DNA of 52,421 bases from Gammaproteobacteria bacterium (GCA_015488295.1 WFOC01000003.1:1-52421), one strand, 5' to 3'; numbered from the stretch's first letter, positions 40,993-51,063 are shown. Numbers and translations are program-made. Notes: generated from the sequence alone by a model not told the origin.

Positions 40993-42303
40993 ATGATATT
41001 GCCTAAAACGTTATTTGCCAGAACCGTCACCATGATCGCGACGGTTTCAATTGCTTACCTGTTATTTGCACTCACAGTAATCACTTACTTTATGCTGGCA
41101 CCGGTAGGCAGGCAGTCAGCAGATGATCTGGCAGCATTAATGGTATTCAGCGCAAACGAATGGGTAAAAACAAAAACCGAAGACCGGATTTTATTTGAAC
41201 AGAACCTGCTGAAAAATTATCAGTTACACATCGCGGCGGGGCAGCAGCTGGACTCCGTAGATTTCAAACCCCTGCCCTATTATTACTTTCTGGAATCAGC
41301 GCTGAAAAAACGCACCGGTCAGGATGTGCAGCTTAAAATCTCTCAGGATGAGAGCGGCACCGACTGGTACTGGGCCAACCTGATTATCAATGATGCAAAT
41401 GTACGTATAGGTTTTTCCAGCTCTCACATCAATGCGCAACCTCCCCTGGTTTTAATTTTGTTGCTGGTCGTTGGCGGCCTGGCAACACTGGCCACTGCAG
41501 CAGCACTGGTTCGACACCTGACGACACCGCTGGAATCATTATCCAAAAATGCATTACGCATAGGCAGTGGTGAGGAGCCGGAACTGATTCCTGAAACAGG
41601 CCCGGAAGAAATACTCCACCTGGCACAAAGTTTTAACAAAATGGCTGTGCAGGTAAAGGAATTACTGAGCAACCGCACCACCTTACTGGCAGGCATCTCT
41701 CACGATTTGCGAACACCGTTGGCACGTATTCAGCTTTCCCTTGAAATGCTGCCCGACAACGCCGACCCGGTTCTTGTCGCCGGCATCCGTGGCGATGTTA
41801 ACCAGATGAACTGCCTCATTGGACAGTTTCTTGAACTAAGTAAAACACTGGAAAAAGGCGAGCAACAAAGCATCGACGTTGTCGAGACACTGGATGATCT
41901 GGTTCACTGCGGAAAACGCGGTGGCGCTAATATTCAGTGGCAACCGGCCGATCCCTGTCAGATAACAAGCAACCCGATGGCACTGCGCCGCATCATCGTA
42001 AACCTGCTGGAAAATGCTGTGCGATATAGCAATGGCCAGACCGTTGAAGTCCTTTACTCATGCGAACCCGAGCATGTAAAAATAAAAATCATGGACAGGG
42101 GGCCGGGGATTCCTGCCGACAAAATTGATGCCGTATTCAGACCTTTCTACAGGCTGGACCAGTCACGCAACATAGAAACCGGCGGCACCGGTCTTGGCTT
42201 GAGCATTGCGCAGCAGCTGGCCGAAATCAACCACATAAAAATCCAGCTCCACACCAGAGAAGGTGGTGGCACGGTTGCTGAAATAACAATTGAAAAGGTT
42301 TAA
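40993..42303 (+). CDS. EnvZ-like sensor histidine kinase
   Basis: Two TMs, HAMP, SHDLRTPL, NLLENA, DRGPGI, GTGLGL. Confidence 0.95.
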   Translation: MILPKTLFARTVTMIATVSIAYLLFALTVITYFMLAPVGRQSADDLAALMVFSANEWVKTKTEDRILFEQNLLKNYQLHIAAGQQLDSVDFKPLPYYYFLESALKKRTGQDVQLKISQDESGTDWYWANLIINDANVRIGFSSSHINAQPPLVLILLLVVGGLATLATAAALVRHLTTPLESLSKNALRIGSGEEPELIPETGPEEILHLAQSFNKMAVQVKELLSNRTTLLAGISHDLRTPLARIQLSLEMLPDNADPVLVAGIRGDVNQMNCLIGQFLELSKTLEKGEQQSIDVVETLDDLVHCGKRGGANIQWQPADPCQITSNPMALRRIIVNLLENAVRYSNGQTVEVLYSCEPEHVKIKIMDRGPGIPADKIDAVFRPFYRLDQSRNIETGGTGLGLSIAQQLAEINHIKIQLHTREGGGTVAEITIEKV

Positions 42304-42315
42304 CAGGAGTACAGG

Positions 42316-42681
42316 ATGGAATTACCAGAAACCTGGTCAGGCATACTGGCACTAACCGCATTAACCGGCGCAGCCGCCGGCGGTGCAGTAACAGCACTGC
42401 TTCTGATCACAGATAAAAACGCACCCATGGATCTGGGTTTGCTGCATGGACGCACAGGCATCTTTGGCATTATCCTTCTACTGATAAGCGCTTACTCTGG
42501 CACTGACACCGGCCTGTCAATAAAACCCGCACTGGGCGCACTGATGCTGACCATCGCCGGTGGTGCCACACTGTATTATCTCATCAGAAGAAAAGGCATC
42601 CTGTCGAAAACCGTCATCCTTGTTCACGGAAGCCTGGCCATCGCATCAATCAGCATACTGCTGTTTGGCCTGCCCGCATGA
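42316..42681 (+). CDS. small four-TM hypothetical membrane protein
   Basis: AGGAG RBS, four hydrophobic segments, two HG motifs; follows the kinase directly. Confidence 0.7.
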   Translation: MELPETWSGILALTALTGAAAGGAVTALLLITDKNAPMDLGLLHGRTGIFGIILLLISAYSGTDTGLSIKPALGALMLTIAGGATLYYLIRRKGILSKTVILVHGSLAIASISILLFGLPA

Positions 42682-42721
42682 TCTCACACGGGCACAGAAT
42701 CACCCATGTCAGCAATTCAAC

Positions 42722-42964
42722 TTAACCGTTCTGCGCAGCCCATTCCGACTTTGTAAACGCCTTGATGGTCAACGCATGAATCGCGCCACTCTGAATATGC
42801 TCGTTCACCAGCGCATAAACCATCTTCTGCTCGGCAACCATGGTTTTGCCTTCAAACTCATCTGACACCACGATTGCGGTATACTTGCTGCCGTCTGCAG
42901 TTACCGTGGCTTCACAGTCTTTGATACCTGCTTCGATAATATTTTTTACTTCACTTGTTTCCAT
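42722..42964 (-). CDS. BolA/IbaG family protein
   Basis: VVSDEFEGK, IHALTIKAFT. Confidence 0.9.
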   Translation of the reverse strand: METSEVKNIIEAGIKDCEATVTADGSKYTAIVVSDEFEGKTMVAEQKMVYALVNEHIQSGAIHALTIKAFTKSEWAAQNG

Positions 42965-43052
42965 TTTTCTCTCGACGCTAAAATTAATTACGATATGTTA
43001 CAACGTAAACACGGCTTTGACACCTTACTTTCAATGGCGGAATTAAAACCGG

Positions 43053-44126
43053 ATGTTTAATCAGATTATCCTGCTGTGCCGCCCGGGTTTCGAAAAAGAA
43101 TGTGCCGGCGAGATCATGGAATTTTCCAGCCAGCACGCCTTCCCTGGCTACATCCAGACCAGCGATGCATCGGGCTATGTTTCGCTGGTAAGCAGCGCAG
43201 AACAAAACACCGCTGAACTGATAACACAGATCGATTTTCGCCAGCTGATTTTTACCCGCCAGTGGTTCGCATGCGACAAAGAAAAACTGGCACTGCCGGA
43301 AAGCAATCGACTGCCGGACATATTAAATACCATCAAAAGTTTTGACGAAACCTTTTGTGATGTCGAGCTGGCCTACGCCGACACCAACGAGGGCAAATCG
43401 CTGAGCAAGTTCTGCAAACAGTTCAAGCCACATTTACTCGGCGCACTGAAAAAAAATAATCTACTCTCAGCACATTCACGCTGGCGACTACAGCTGTTTT
43501 TTACCGACTCGCTGCACGTCAACATCGGCATCGCACCTGTTGATAACAGCGCAGCCGACAGCATGGGTATCATCCGCCTGAAAATGCCTGGTGCCGCGCC
43601 CAGCCGTTCAACATTAAAAATGGAAGAAGCCATCCACTGGTTTTTATCCGGCAACCAACAGAACGAACTGATCAAAAACGGCATGACCGTGGTCGACCTA
43701 GGCGCAGCCCCCGGTGGCTGGACCTGGCAATTCGTCAAACGCGACTGCCTGGTCACCGCCATCGATAACGGCCCGATGCAAGCCGCGCTGATGCAAAGCG
43801 GCATGGTCGAACATCTGCAAACCGATGCTTTCACCTACACACCAAAGAAAAAAGTCGACTGGCTAATCTGCGACATGGCCGAGCGACCGCTGCACGTCAG
43901 CCGCCTGATCGCGCGCTGGTTTACTAACCAACAATGCAGCAACGCCATCTTCAATTTAAAACTGCCGATGAAAAAACGCCTGGCGATGGTGCATGAATGT
44001 ATTGAGTTACTGCACCAAAGTTTAACAGCGGCAAGCATCGAGCACACGATTCAGGCGAAACATCTTTATCATGATCGTGAGGAGATTACGGTTTGTATAA
44101 CAACAAAAACAACTATCCACAGATGA
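43053..44126 (+). CDS. rlmM: 23S rRNA C2498 2'-O-methyltransferase
   Basis: CRPGFEKECA, APSRSTLK, DLGAAPGGWT, CDM, LYHDREEIT. Confidence 0.95.
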   Translation: MFNQIILLCRPGFEKECAGEIMEFSSQHAFPGYIQTSDASGYVSLVSSAEQNTAELITQIDFRQLIFTRQWFACDKEKLALPESNRLPDILNTIKSFDETFCDVELAYADTNEGKSLSKFCKQFKPHLLGALKKNNLLSAHSRWRLQLFFTDSLHVNIGIAPVDNSAADSMGIIRLKMPGAAPSRSTLKMEEAIHWFLSGNQQNELIKNGMTVVDLGAAPGGWTWQFVKRDCLVTAIDNGPMQAALMQSGMVEHLQTDAFTYTPKKKVDWLICDMAERPLHVSRLIARWFTNQQCSNAIFNLKLPMKKRLAMVHECIELLHQSLTAASIEHTIQAKHLYHDREEITVCITTKTTIHR

Positions 44127-44196
44127 ACGCGGATAAAAGATTTTAAGCTTTTAATATTTGTGTTTATCTGTGTTTATCTGCGTTCATCTGTGGACA
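44114..44196. repeat. palindromic repeat element overlapping the rlmM stop codon
   Basis: TCCACAGATGAACGCGGATAAA ... TTTATCTGTGTTTATCTGCGTTCATCTGTGGA. Confidence 0.75.
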
Positions 44197-44287
44197 ATAT
44201 TTTTTTATCTTTTCAAATTCGACAACAGCCCTCACATTTGCTCAAATACAACCAGCCAAATTCACTGATAAAAACCACATAAAAACT

Positions 44288-45100
44288 ATGCAAAGCAAAG
44301 CCTTAAAACCCGAAGAATATTTCATCGAAGATGAACCTTATTACCAGCCCATCGCTGATGAAATCGCCATCTTCGAAGCCGCCTACAAACAGGCACTGCC
44401 CGTGCTGCTGAAAGGCCCCACCGGTTGCGGCAAGACCCGCTTCATGGAGCACATGGCCTGGCGTTTGAAGCGTCCGTTGATCACGGTCTCCTGCCACGAC
44501 GATTTAACCGCCTCCGACCTGGTCGGCCGTTTTCTGATTTCCGGCGGCGAAACCGTCTGGGTCGATGGCCCGCTGGCACGCTCGGTGCGCAACGGTGCCA
44601 TCTGTTATCTCGATGAAATTGTCGAAGCACGCAAAGATACCACCGTGGTTATTCACCCGCTGGCGGATGACCGCCGCGTTTTGCCGATGGAAAAAGTCGG
44701 TGAGATCATCGAAGCCACACCTGAGTTCTGTTTAGCTATCTCCTACAACCCCGGCTACCAGAGCGTGATGAAAGATTTAAAACAAAGCACACGCCAGCGC
44801 TTTGTTGCACTGGAATTTGATTACCCGGACGCGGCTTTAGAAGCTGAAATCATCGTCAGGGAAACCGGCATCGATGCCAGCACCGCCAGCCAGCTGGTCA
44901 AGTTCGCCCACATGACACGCGACCTGAAAGGCAGTGGCCTGGATGAAGGCGCTTCCACCCGCCTGCTGGTACACGCCGCCAAACTCATCCATGAAGACAT
45001 CGCGCCGGTCACCGCCTGCAAGACCGCTATCTCACAGGCACTGACCGACGATGCCGATATGCTGGTGGCAATGAACGAACTGTCATCGTCTTTATTCTAA
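44288..45100 (+). CDS. CbbQ/NirQ/NorQ-family MoxR AAA+ ATPase
   Basis: LKGPTGCGKTRF, CYLDEIVEAR, SYNPGYQ, STRQRF, STRLL. Confidence 0.93.
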   Translation: MQSKALKPEEYFIEDEPYYQPIADEIAIFEAAYKQALPVLLKGPTGCGKTRFMEHMAWRLKRPLITVSCHDDLTASDLVGRFLISGGETVWVDGPLARSVRNGAICYLDEIVEARKDTTVVIHPLADDRRVLPMEKVGEIIEATPEFCLAISYNPGYQSVMKDLKQSTRQRFVALEFDYPDAALEAEIIVRETGIDASTASQLVKFAHMTRDLKGSGLDEGASTRLLVHAAKLIHEDIAPVTACKTAISQALTDDADMLVAMNELSSSLF

Positions 45101-45121
45101 GCGCGCTTTAAAAAACAAACC

Positions 45122-47272
45122 ATGGCACGCCCGGCACTCACGCTGCAACAGATCACCGATGTTCTCGATATTTATTTTGATGTCGAGTTTTCCTTTATCA
45201 AAACCGAAGAAGCCGCCGAGCTGATCGTCAACCTGCCGCGCACAGAGCAGAACTTCATCATCGACCTGACCCGGCGCATCGCGGCCACCAACAGTGAACT
45301 GGCTTTTCAGTTCGCCAAAAATGCCATCACCGCGCTGGCTGCCATGGACAAACACATGGTCGAAGCCTGGGCCATGACCGCCACCGACAATTACGACCGC
45401 AAAGGTCTGGCACCGGCGATGACCGTGATCCGCGAGCTGGACAGTTACGTGCACACCGCACACACCAATGCCTGCGGCGCGGTGCTGGAAGAAGAGCTGG
45501 CCGTGCTGTTGCCTTTTTTGCAGGGACTGTCCGGCAGAAAATTAAAGATCGCCGAGGCCACCAACAACCAGGCCTACACCGACACCGAAACCATCTACCT
45601 GCCCGCCATCACCGCACTGCTGGAAGACAGCAAGGACAATTTTTTAATCTACAAGGCCAGCGTCGCCTTTCTCTGGGCACAGATTCACTTCGGCACCTTT
45701 CGCATCGATTTTGACAATGTACTCGATTGTGACAACCCCGAAGCACAACTCAAAAAACTGGCGATGCTGGAAAGCATTCGTCTGGAAGCCTGTTTAAAAC
45801 GTGAACTGCCCGGCCTGCATCGTGACATGCAATCGCTGAAACAAAAAACAGGCACTGCTACAGCAGAACCCACATCAAAAAACTGGCAACAAATTTTCGA
45901 AAAACTTTCCAGCGAACACGCCTGCACCGATGACAGCCTGGCCTGCCTGGCACTGCTCGATAACACAACCTGCCCCGAAGCCTGCTGCTATCAGGGCACC
46001 TTAAAACTTGAGCAGGTCGAGGAAGTAAAACAAAAACGCATCGAAAAAGAAAAAGCGTATTTTCGTATCGCCCTCAGCGAACTGGCAAAAGAAGCACTGC
46101 AAAAAAACAACAATGACCTTGAAGATGATGCCGCTGAAGCCATCATCGACAAAAACACAAAATTCGAAATACGCAGCGACGACGAACAACGCAGCAGCGG
46201 CATCATCGAACTGGAACTGGAAGGCGAACTGGTCGCCGTGCCAGAACACGTTCAGGAACTAATGACTTCCATCATCGTCGATTTCGGTGAGATTCCGCCG
46301 GAGCATCTGCACGCCGCCGGCCCCGGTGAATACGACCTGAAAAAATACGAGGATGAAATTCTCAACCCAAAAGACGTGTGGAACGGCACCTACCACGAAG
46401 AAGGCGCAGAAATATATAATGAGTGGAATTTCAAGCGTCAGCATTATCATAAAAACTGGTGCGTGCTGCGCGAGCTGGAAGTCGAACCGGTGTACGATGA
46501 CTTTGTCAACAACACCCTGGAAAAACACAAAGGCCTGCTGAAAAGCCTGCGCCATACCTTTGAAATTCTGCGCGGTGAAGACAAATTATTAAAACGCCAG
46601 GTGCACGGCGACGACATTGACATCGACGCACTGGTGGAAGCTTACGGCGATGTCAAAAGCGGCATGGAGATGACCGACCGCCTGTTCACCAAAATGCACA
46701 AGGAAGAACGCAACGTCGCAGTGATGTTCATGGTCGATATGAGCGGCTCAACCAGAGGCTGGATCAATGAAGCAGAACGTGAATCACTGATCCTGTTATC
46801 TGAAGTCATCCAGATACTGGGCGACCGCTTTGCCATCTACGGCTTTTCCGGGGTGACACGAAAACGCTGCGAGCTATATAAAATAAAAGCCTTCGATGAA
46901 GAATATGACGACGAGATAAAAGCCCGCATTTCAAACATCCAGCCAAAAGATTACACCCGCATGGGCGTATTCATCCGTCACATGACACGCATCCTGAACG
47001 AAGTCGAAGCGTCAACAAAACTGCTCATTACCCTGTCCGACGGCAAACCCGACGACTACGACACCTACCGCGGTGAATACGGCGTAGAAGATACAAGGCA
47101 GGCTTTATACGAAGCGCACCGCGACGGCATTCATTCCTACTGCATCACCATCGATGAGAAAGCGCGGGATTACCTGCCGCATATGTATGGTGCCGCGAAT
47201 TATTCGGTGATTAGTGAGGTGGCTGAACTGCCGCTTAAGGTTTCGGATATTTACAGGCGATTAACGACGTGA
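45122..47272 (+). CDS. CbbO/NorD-family vWA-domain adaptor
   Basis: MIDAS DMSGST, YTRMG, LSDGKPDDYD, YGVEDTR; follows the CbbQ-like gene. Confidence 0.9.
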   Translation: MARPALTLQQITDVLDIYFDVEFSFIKTEEAAELIVNLPRTEQNFIIDLTRRIAATNSELAFQFAKNAITALAAMDKHMVEAWAMTATDNYDRKGLAPAMTVIRELDSYVHTAHTNACGAVLEEELAVLLPFLQGLSGRKLKIAEATNNQAYTDTETIYLPAITALLEDSKDNFLIYKASVAFLWAQIHFGTFRIDFDNVLDCDNPEAQLKKLAMLESIRLEACLKRELPGLHRDMQSLKQKTGTATAEPTSKNWQQIFEKLSSEHACTDDSLACLALLDNTTCPEACCYQGTLKLEQVEEVKQKRIEKEKAYFRIALSELAKEALQKNNNDLEDDAAEAIIDKNTKFEIRSDDEQRSSGIIELELEGELVAVPEHVQELMTSIIVDFGEIPPEHLHAAGPGEYDLKKYEDEILNPKDVWNGTYHEEGAEIYNEWNFKRQHYHKNWCVLRELEVEPVYDDFVNNTLEKHKGLLKSLRHTFEILRGEDKLLKRQVHGDDIDIDALVEAYGDVKSGMEMTDRLFTKMHKEERNVAVMFMVDMSGSTRGWINEAERESLILLSEVIQILGDRFAIYGFSGVTRKRCELYKIKAFDEEYDDEIKARISNIQPKDYTRMGVFIRHMTRILNEVEASTKLLITLSDGKPDDYDTYRGEYGVEDTRQALYEAHRDGIHSYCITIDEKARDYLPHMYGAANYSVISEVAELPLKVSDIYRRLTT

Positions 47273-47279
47273 TCGCGGC

Positions 47280-47480
47280 AAATGAAAAATGAAAAATGAA
47301 AAATGAAAAATGAAAAATGAAAAATCTTATACTCCTGTTATCAATGGTGAAAGATATTGAGTGGATATTTTCGTAATAAAATTATACAGAATTCCTCACT
47401 GACGCTGAGAAAGACGACCTGCCCCCCTTTTTTTGCTTTTGCTTGTACATTTTTCACTTTTCATTTTTCACTTTTCATTT
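47280..47480. repeat. heptamer tandem repeats arranged as inverted arms
   Basis: (AAATGAA)x6 at 47280-47321 and (TTTTCAY)x4 at 47451-47478. Confidence 0.85.
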
Positions 47481-47542
47481 ACTATAAGTCCCTGCATCAA
47501 TTTTGGTAGCATCACAATACACAACAATCTAAAGGGCTTAAG

Positions 47543-48973
47543 ATGAGCAACACCATCTACTGGTACGACTACGAAACCTTCGGCATCGACCCACGTTATG
47601 ATCGTCTGTCACAATTCGCCGGTATTCGCACCGACGAGGATTTAAATATCATCAGCGATCCGCTAACTTTATACTGTAAGCCAGCGAATGATTGTCTGCC
47701 TGATCCATACGCCTGCCTGATCACCGGCATTACACCACAAAAGGCACTGGCCGATGGTATTTGTGAAGCCGAGTTTATCGCTGCTATCCATCAGGAGTTT
47801 TCCCGACCCAATACCTGCGTGGCCGGTTTTAATAACATTCGCTTCGACGATGAGTTTACCCGCAACACCCTGTACCGAAATTTTTTCAATGCCTATGCAC
47901 ACGAGTGGCAACACGGCAATTCGCGCTGGGATATTATTGACACCGTGCGCCTGACCCGGGCACTGCGCCCCGATGGCATCAACTGGCCGGAGCAGGATGG
48001 TCGTCCCAGCATCCGCCTGGAACTGCTCACTGCGGAGAACGGCATCAAACACGAAGCGGCGCACGATGCCATGTCTGATGTTTACGCCACTATCGCGGTG
48101 GCCAGGCTCATCAAAGAAAAGCAGCCGCGTCTTTATAAGTATATTTATGACATGCGCAAGAAGACCGAGGTCAGCAAACTGATCAACCTGCGCACACGTG
48201 ATGCCATTCTGCATGTGTCGTCACGTTATTCAGCCGAGCGCGGTGCGATAGCCATGGTGATGCCCATTATCCAGCACCCGGTAAATAAAAATAGCTTCAT
48301 CGTTTATGACCTGAACGTGCACCCCGAGCAGTTTCTTGAAGCAGACAGCGAAGAGATGGCCGCCCGGCTGTACACGCCAGCCAAAGAATTACCCGAGGGC
48401 ATCGCCCGCATTCCGCTGAAACAGATACACATTAATAAGTGCCCAGTCATCGTACCGCTGAACACCATGGACGATGCTGCAGCACAACGACTGAACATCG
48501 ATGTTGAGCAGTGCCAGCAGCACCGCGAGATCATCCTGCAACACATCGATGAGTTTGCCGCCAAAACCACCGCCATTTTCCAGCAGAGTGATTTTCCCGA
48601 AACCAGCGATCCCGACGGCCAGTTATATTCCGGCGGCTTTTTCGGCCGCGATGATACTCAGCGCATCGACATCATCCGCAACACGCCCGCCACTGAACTG
48701 GCCGATCTGCATTTTAACTTCGACGATGCCCGTCTTGATGAAATGCTGTTTCGCTACCGCGCGAGAAATTTCCTGAACACGCTAAGCGATACCGAACTGC
48801 AACGCTGGAATAAATACCGCCACGACAAGTTCACCAACCCCGCCACCTCACATCGCACCATGAACCAGTTTCATGCCCAGATCGAAACCATACAGCAGTC
48901 ACCCGACACCATCGGCTCACAACTGGTACTGCTGGAAGATTTACTTGCCTATGCCAGATCAATAAACACGTAA
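47543..48973 (+). CDS. sbcB: exodeoxyribonuclease I
   Basis: WYDYETFG, QFAGIRTD, GFNNIRFDDE, AHDAMSDVYAT, HINKCP. Confidence 0.97.
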   Translation: MSNTIYWYDYETFGIDPRYDRLSQFAGIRTDEDLNIISDPLTLYCKPANDCLPDPYACLITGITPQKALADGICEAEFIAAIHQEFSRPNTCVAGFNNIRFDDEFTRNTLYRNFFNAYAHEWQHGNSRWDIIDTVRLTRALRPDGINWPEQDGRPSIRLELLTAENGIKHEAAHDAMSDVYATIAVARLIKEKQPRLYKYIYDMRKKTEVSKLINLRTRDAILHVSSRYSAERGAIAMVMPIIQHPVNKNSFIVYDLNVHPEQFLEADSEEMAARLYTPAKELPEGIARIPLKQIHINKCPVIVPLNTMDDAAAQRLNIDVEQCQQHREIILQHIDEFAAKTTAIFQQSDFPETSDPDGQLYSGGFFGRDDTQRIDIIRNTPATELADLHFNFDDARLDEMLFRYRARNFLNTLSDTELQRWNKYRHDKFTNPATSHRTMNQFHAQIETIQQSPDTIGSQLVLLEDLLAYARSINT

Positions 48974-49043
48974 CAACTCTGGTATTTAAAGCCTTTAAAA
49001 ACAGCCTGTTATAAACCCAGCCATAACAAAAACTAATCAGCAC

Positions 49044-49072
49044 TTGCTAATATAAGTATTTTATAATATACT
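49044..49072 (+). promoter_or_regulatory. sigma70 promoter with overlapping ATATW-N10-AATAT operator (copy 1)
   Basis: TTGCTA-17-TATACT; ATATA-N10-AATAT at 49050-49069. Confidence 0.6.
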
Positions 49073-49151
49073 TTCCCTCACTGGTCGTAAGGCCACAAGC
49101 GCATGAAATTATTTTTAATATTGCTGTTAACAAAAACTTTGAGGTTTTAAA

Positions 49152-49748
49152 ATGAAAACATTACAACTTATAGCTGCTGCAACCATCCTGGCTACTTCTA
49201 CTGCTGTTTCTGCTGATTGGGATATGCCTTTCTTCGGCGACAACAACAACTCTAACTGGAACAACAATGGTTCACACAACGGTGCTGGCAACGGTAACGG
49301 CGCTGCTGACGGTTCTGGCGAATTCGACGGTTCTTTCTCTTTCGGTATGAAAGCATCTGGTAAAGGTCGTGGTAACGGTAAAGGCAACGGCAACTATACA
49401 GGTGACAACTACTACAACGGTTCTAACGGCTACAATGGTTCAAACGGCTCTTACAACGGTTCTAATGGTTCTTACAACGGTAACAACAACTGGAACAACA
49501 GTGGCAACGGTGCTTCTGACGTAGACGGTTCTGGCGACTTCGACGGTTCTTTCTCTTTCGGCATGAAAGCGTCTGGTAAAGGTCGTGGTAACGGTAAAGG
49601 CAACAGCAACTGGGACAACAACGGTTACTACAACGGTTCTAACGGTTACTACAATGGCTATGCTCCACAAGGCTACGCACCTGCTCCACAGGCTGCGCCT
49701 GCTGTAGTACCAGCACCTGCTGCTGAAACTAAAACTGAAGCTAAATAA
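49152..49748 (+). CDS. sulfur globule envelope protein-like (SgpA/B, CV1-type), paralogue 1
   Basis: Sec signal ending AVSA-DW, Gly/Asn/Tyr-rich, twice FDGSFSFGMKASGKGRG, GYAP and Ala/Pro-rich tail. Confidence 0.72.
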   Translation: MKTLQLIAAATILATSTAVSADWDMPFFGDNNNSNWNNNGSHNGAGNGNGAADGSGEFDGSFSFGMKASGKGRGNGKGNGNYTGDNYYNGSNGYNGSNGSYNGSNGSYNGNNNWNNSGNGASDVDGSGDFDGSFSFGMKASGKGRGNGKGNSNWDNNGYYNGSNGYYNGYAPQGYAPAPQAAPAVVPAPAAETKTEAK

Positions 49749-49774
49749 GCGACAGGTTCTAGTTAGTTAAATAT

Positions 49775-49812
49775 AAAGCCCGGCTTCTGTAGTGCAGAAG
49801 CCGGGTTTTTTT
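49775..49812 (+). terminator. intrinsic terminator
   Basis: CCCGGCTTCTG...CAGAAGCCGGG-TTTTTTT. Confidence 0.9.
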
Positions 49813-49862
49813 ATGTACAGGAAGTACGGTACGTCGCAAGGAGCCAGGGATGGCGGTGCGAC
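49813..49862 (+). repeat. GGA-loop structured repeat, copy 1
   Basis: ATGTACAGGAAGTACGGTACGTCGCAAGGAGCCAGGGATGGCGGTGCGAC; second copy at 51859-51908. Confidence 0.7.
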
Positions 49863-49947
49863 AATTACAGAAAGCACAGCATGTCACAAAAAACCAAAGA
49901 TGGCTGTAACGAATTAAACATAAACACTCTAAAGTCGGGAGATCATC

Positions 49948-50730
49948 ATGACCACAGAAACCAGAACAGAAACACCCGCAACCAGCGACAACAAAGCTGT
50001 ATTCGGCCCTTTAGGCAAATACGCAGCTGTCGCAGTCATTATGGTCGGCATTATCGTGACCACAGCTCTCATGCTGGATAGACAATTACAGTCGGTTGAC
50101 GAACAGATTGCGGCAATCGAAAAAGAAGTAGCAAGTATTCATGCCGCTGAAGCCAGTATCCCTGAACAAACCGCTACTGTAGAAACAGCTGGTGCAGACG
50201 TTGAAGTCACAGAAGTTGAAGTGACTGAAGAAGCCGCCAGTGAGACTGTCGCTGTGGTAGAGACAGTGGCTGAACCTGCCGCCGTCACAGAAACCACTAC
50301 TGCACCTGTCGTTGCCGCCGTAGCAGAAGCACCTGCTGTACAGGAAGCCGCTACACCCGCTGTTGTTGACTCAACAGAAGCGACTACCACAACAGCACCA
50401 TTTGAAATGGCCGCAGCTAAAAACAATGCTGCACAGGCACATCAGGAACAGCTGGCAAAAGAAAACCAGGCTCGCATCGATGCTTACAAACAAGAGCAGA
50501 AGCAACACTTGAGCGAAATGTTTGCCCGCATCAAGACCCTGGAATCCCGGCAACTTGATCGCTATAAAGCAAATCAGGATAGCCAGATTGCTCGTCTACG
50601 CGAACAAATATCACAGCAACAGCAAATGATTGAAGCCCTGGTATTACGCAACAGGGAATTATTTGAACTGCGCGCAGCCAACATACAACGCAGCCAGAAT
50701 AATCGCGAGCAGGCGCTTAATCGCATATAA
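49948..50730 (+). CDS. membrane-anchored hypothetical protein with Ala/Glu/Thr/Val linker and Gln-rich coiled coil
   Basis: GGAG RBS, single TM, low-complexity middle, heptad-like C-terminus. Confidence 0.75.
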   Translation: MTTETRTETPATSDNKAVFGPLGKYAAVAVIMVGIIVTTALMLDRQLQSVDEQIAAIEKEVASIHAAEASIPEQTATVETAGADVEVTEVEVTEEAASETVAVVETVAEPAAVTETTTAPVVAAVAEAPAVQEAATPAVVDSTEATTTTAPFEMAAAKNNAAQAHQEQLAKENQARIDAYKQEQKQHLSEMFARIKTLESRQLDRYKANQDSQIARLREQISQQQQMIEALVLRNRELFELRAANIQRSQNNREQALNRI

Positions 50731-50811
50731 GTCACGCCTGAAAAAATCAGTTAATTTCTACACCCCGGCCTTTTGATCATAGCGGTCAGGGTAAAGAAAT
50801 AAGCAAACTGT

Positions 50812-50849
50812 GTAAAAAAGCCGACACCCCATTGTGTCGGCTTTTTTAC
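50812..50849. terminator. intrinsic terminator (bidirectional form)
   Basis: GTAAAAAAGCCGACAC...GTGTCGGCTTTTTTAC. Confidence 0.85.
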
Positions 50850-51033
50850 TTTTCGCCGATAAAGAAAAGACTGGAACCGGTCTTTATTGGGTAAATACCC
50901 CTGCTTTCGCTACCCATTTATCGGTACTTTTATATACCAAACCAGTTTAACTTAAACTTGTAACATAATGAAATTCAAGTAATTACTCAAAACAATTTAA
51001 GCTCGAACACACTTTAACCACAGTATTTCACTA

Positions 51034-51063
51034 TTGACTTATATTAAACAATTCTAATATAAT
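51034..51063 (+). promoter_or_regulatory. sigma70 promoter with overlapping ATATT-N10-AATAT operator (copy 2)
   Basis: TTGACT-18-TATAAT; operator at 51041-51060. Confidence 0.65.
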
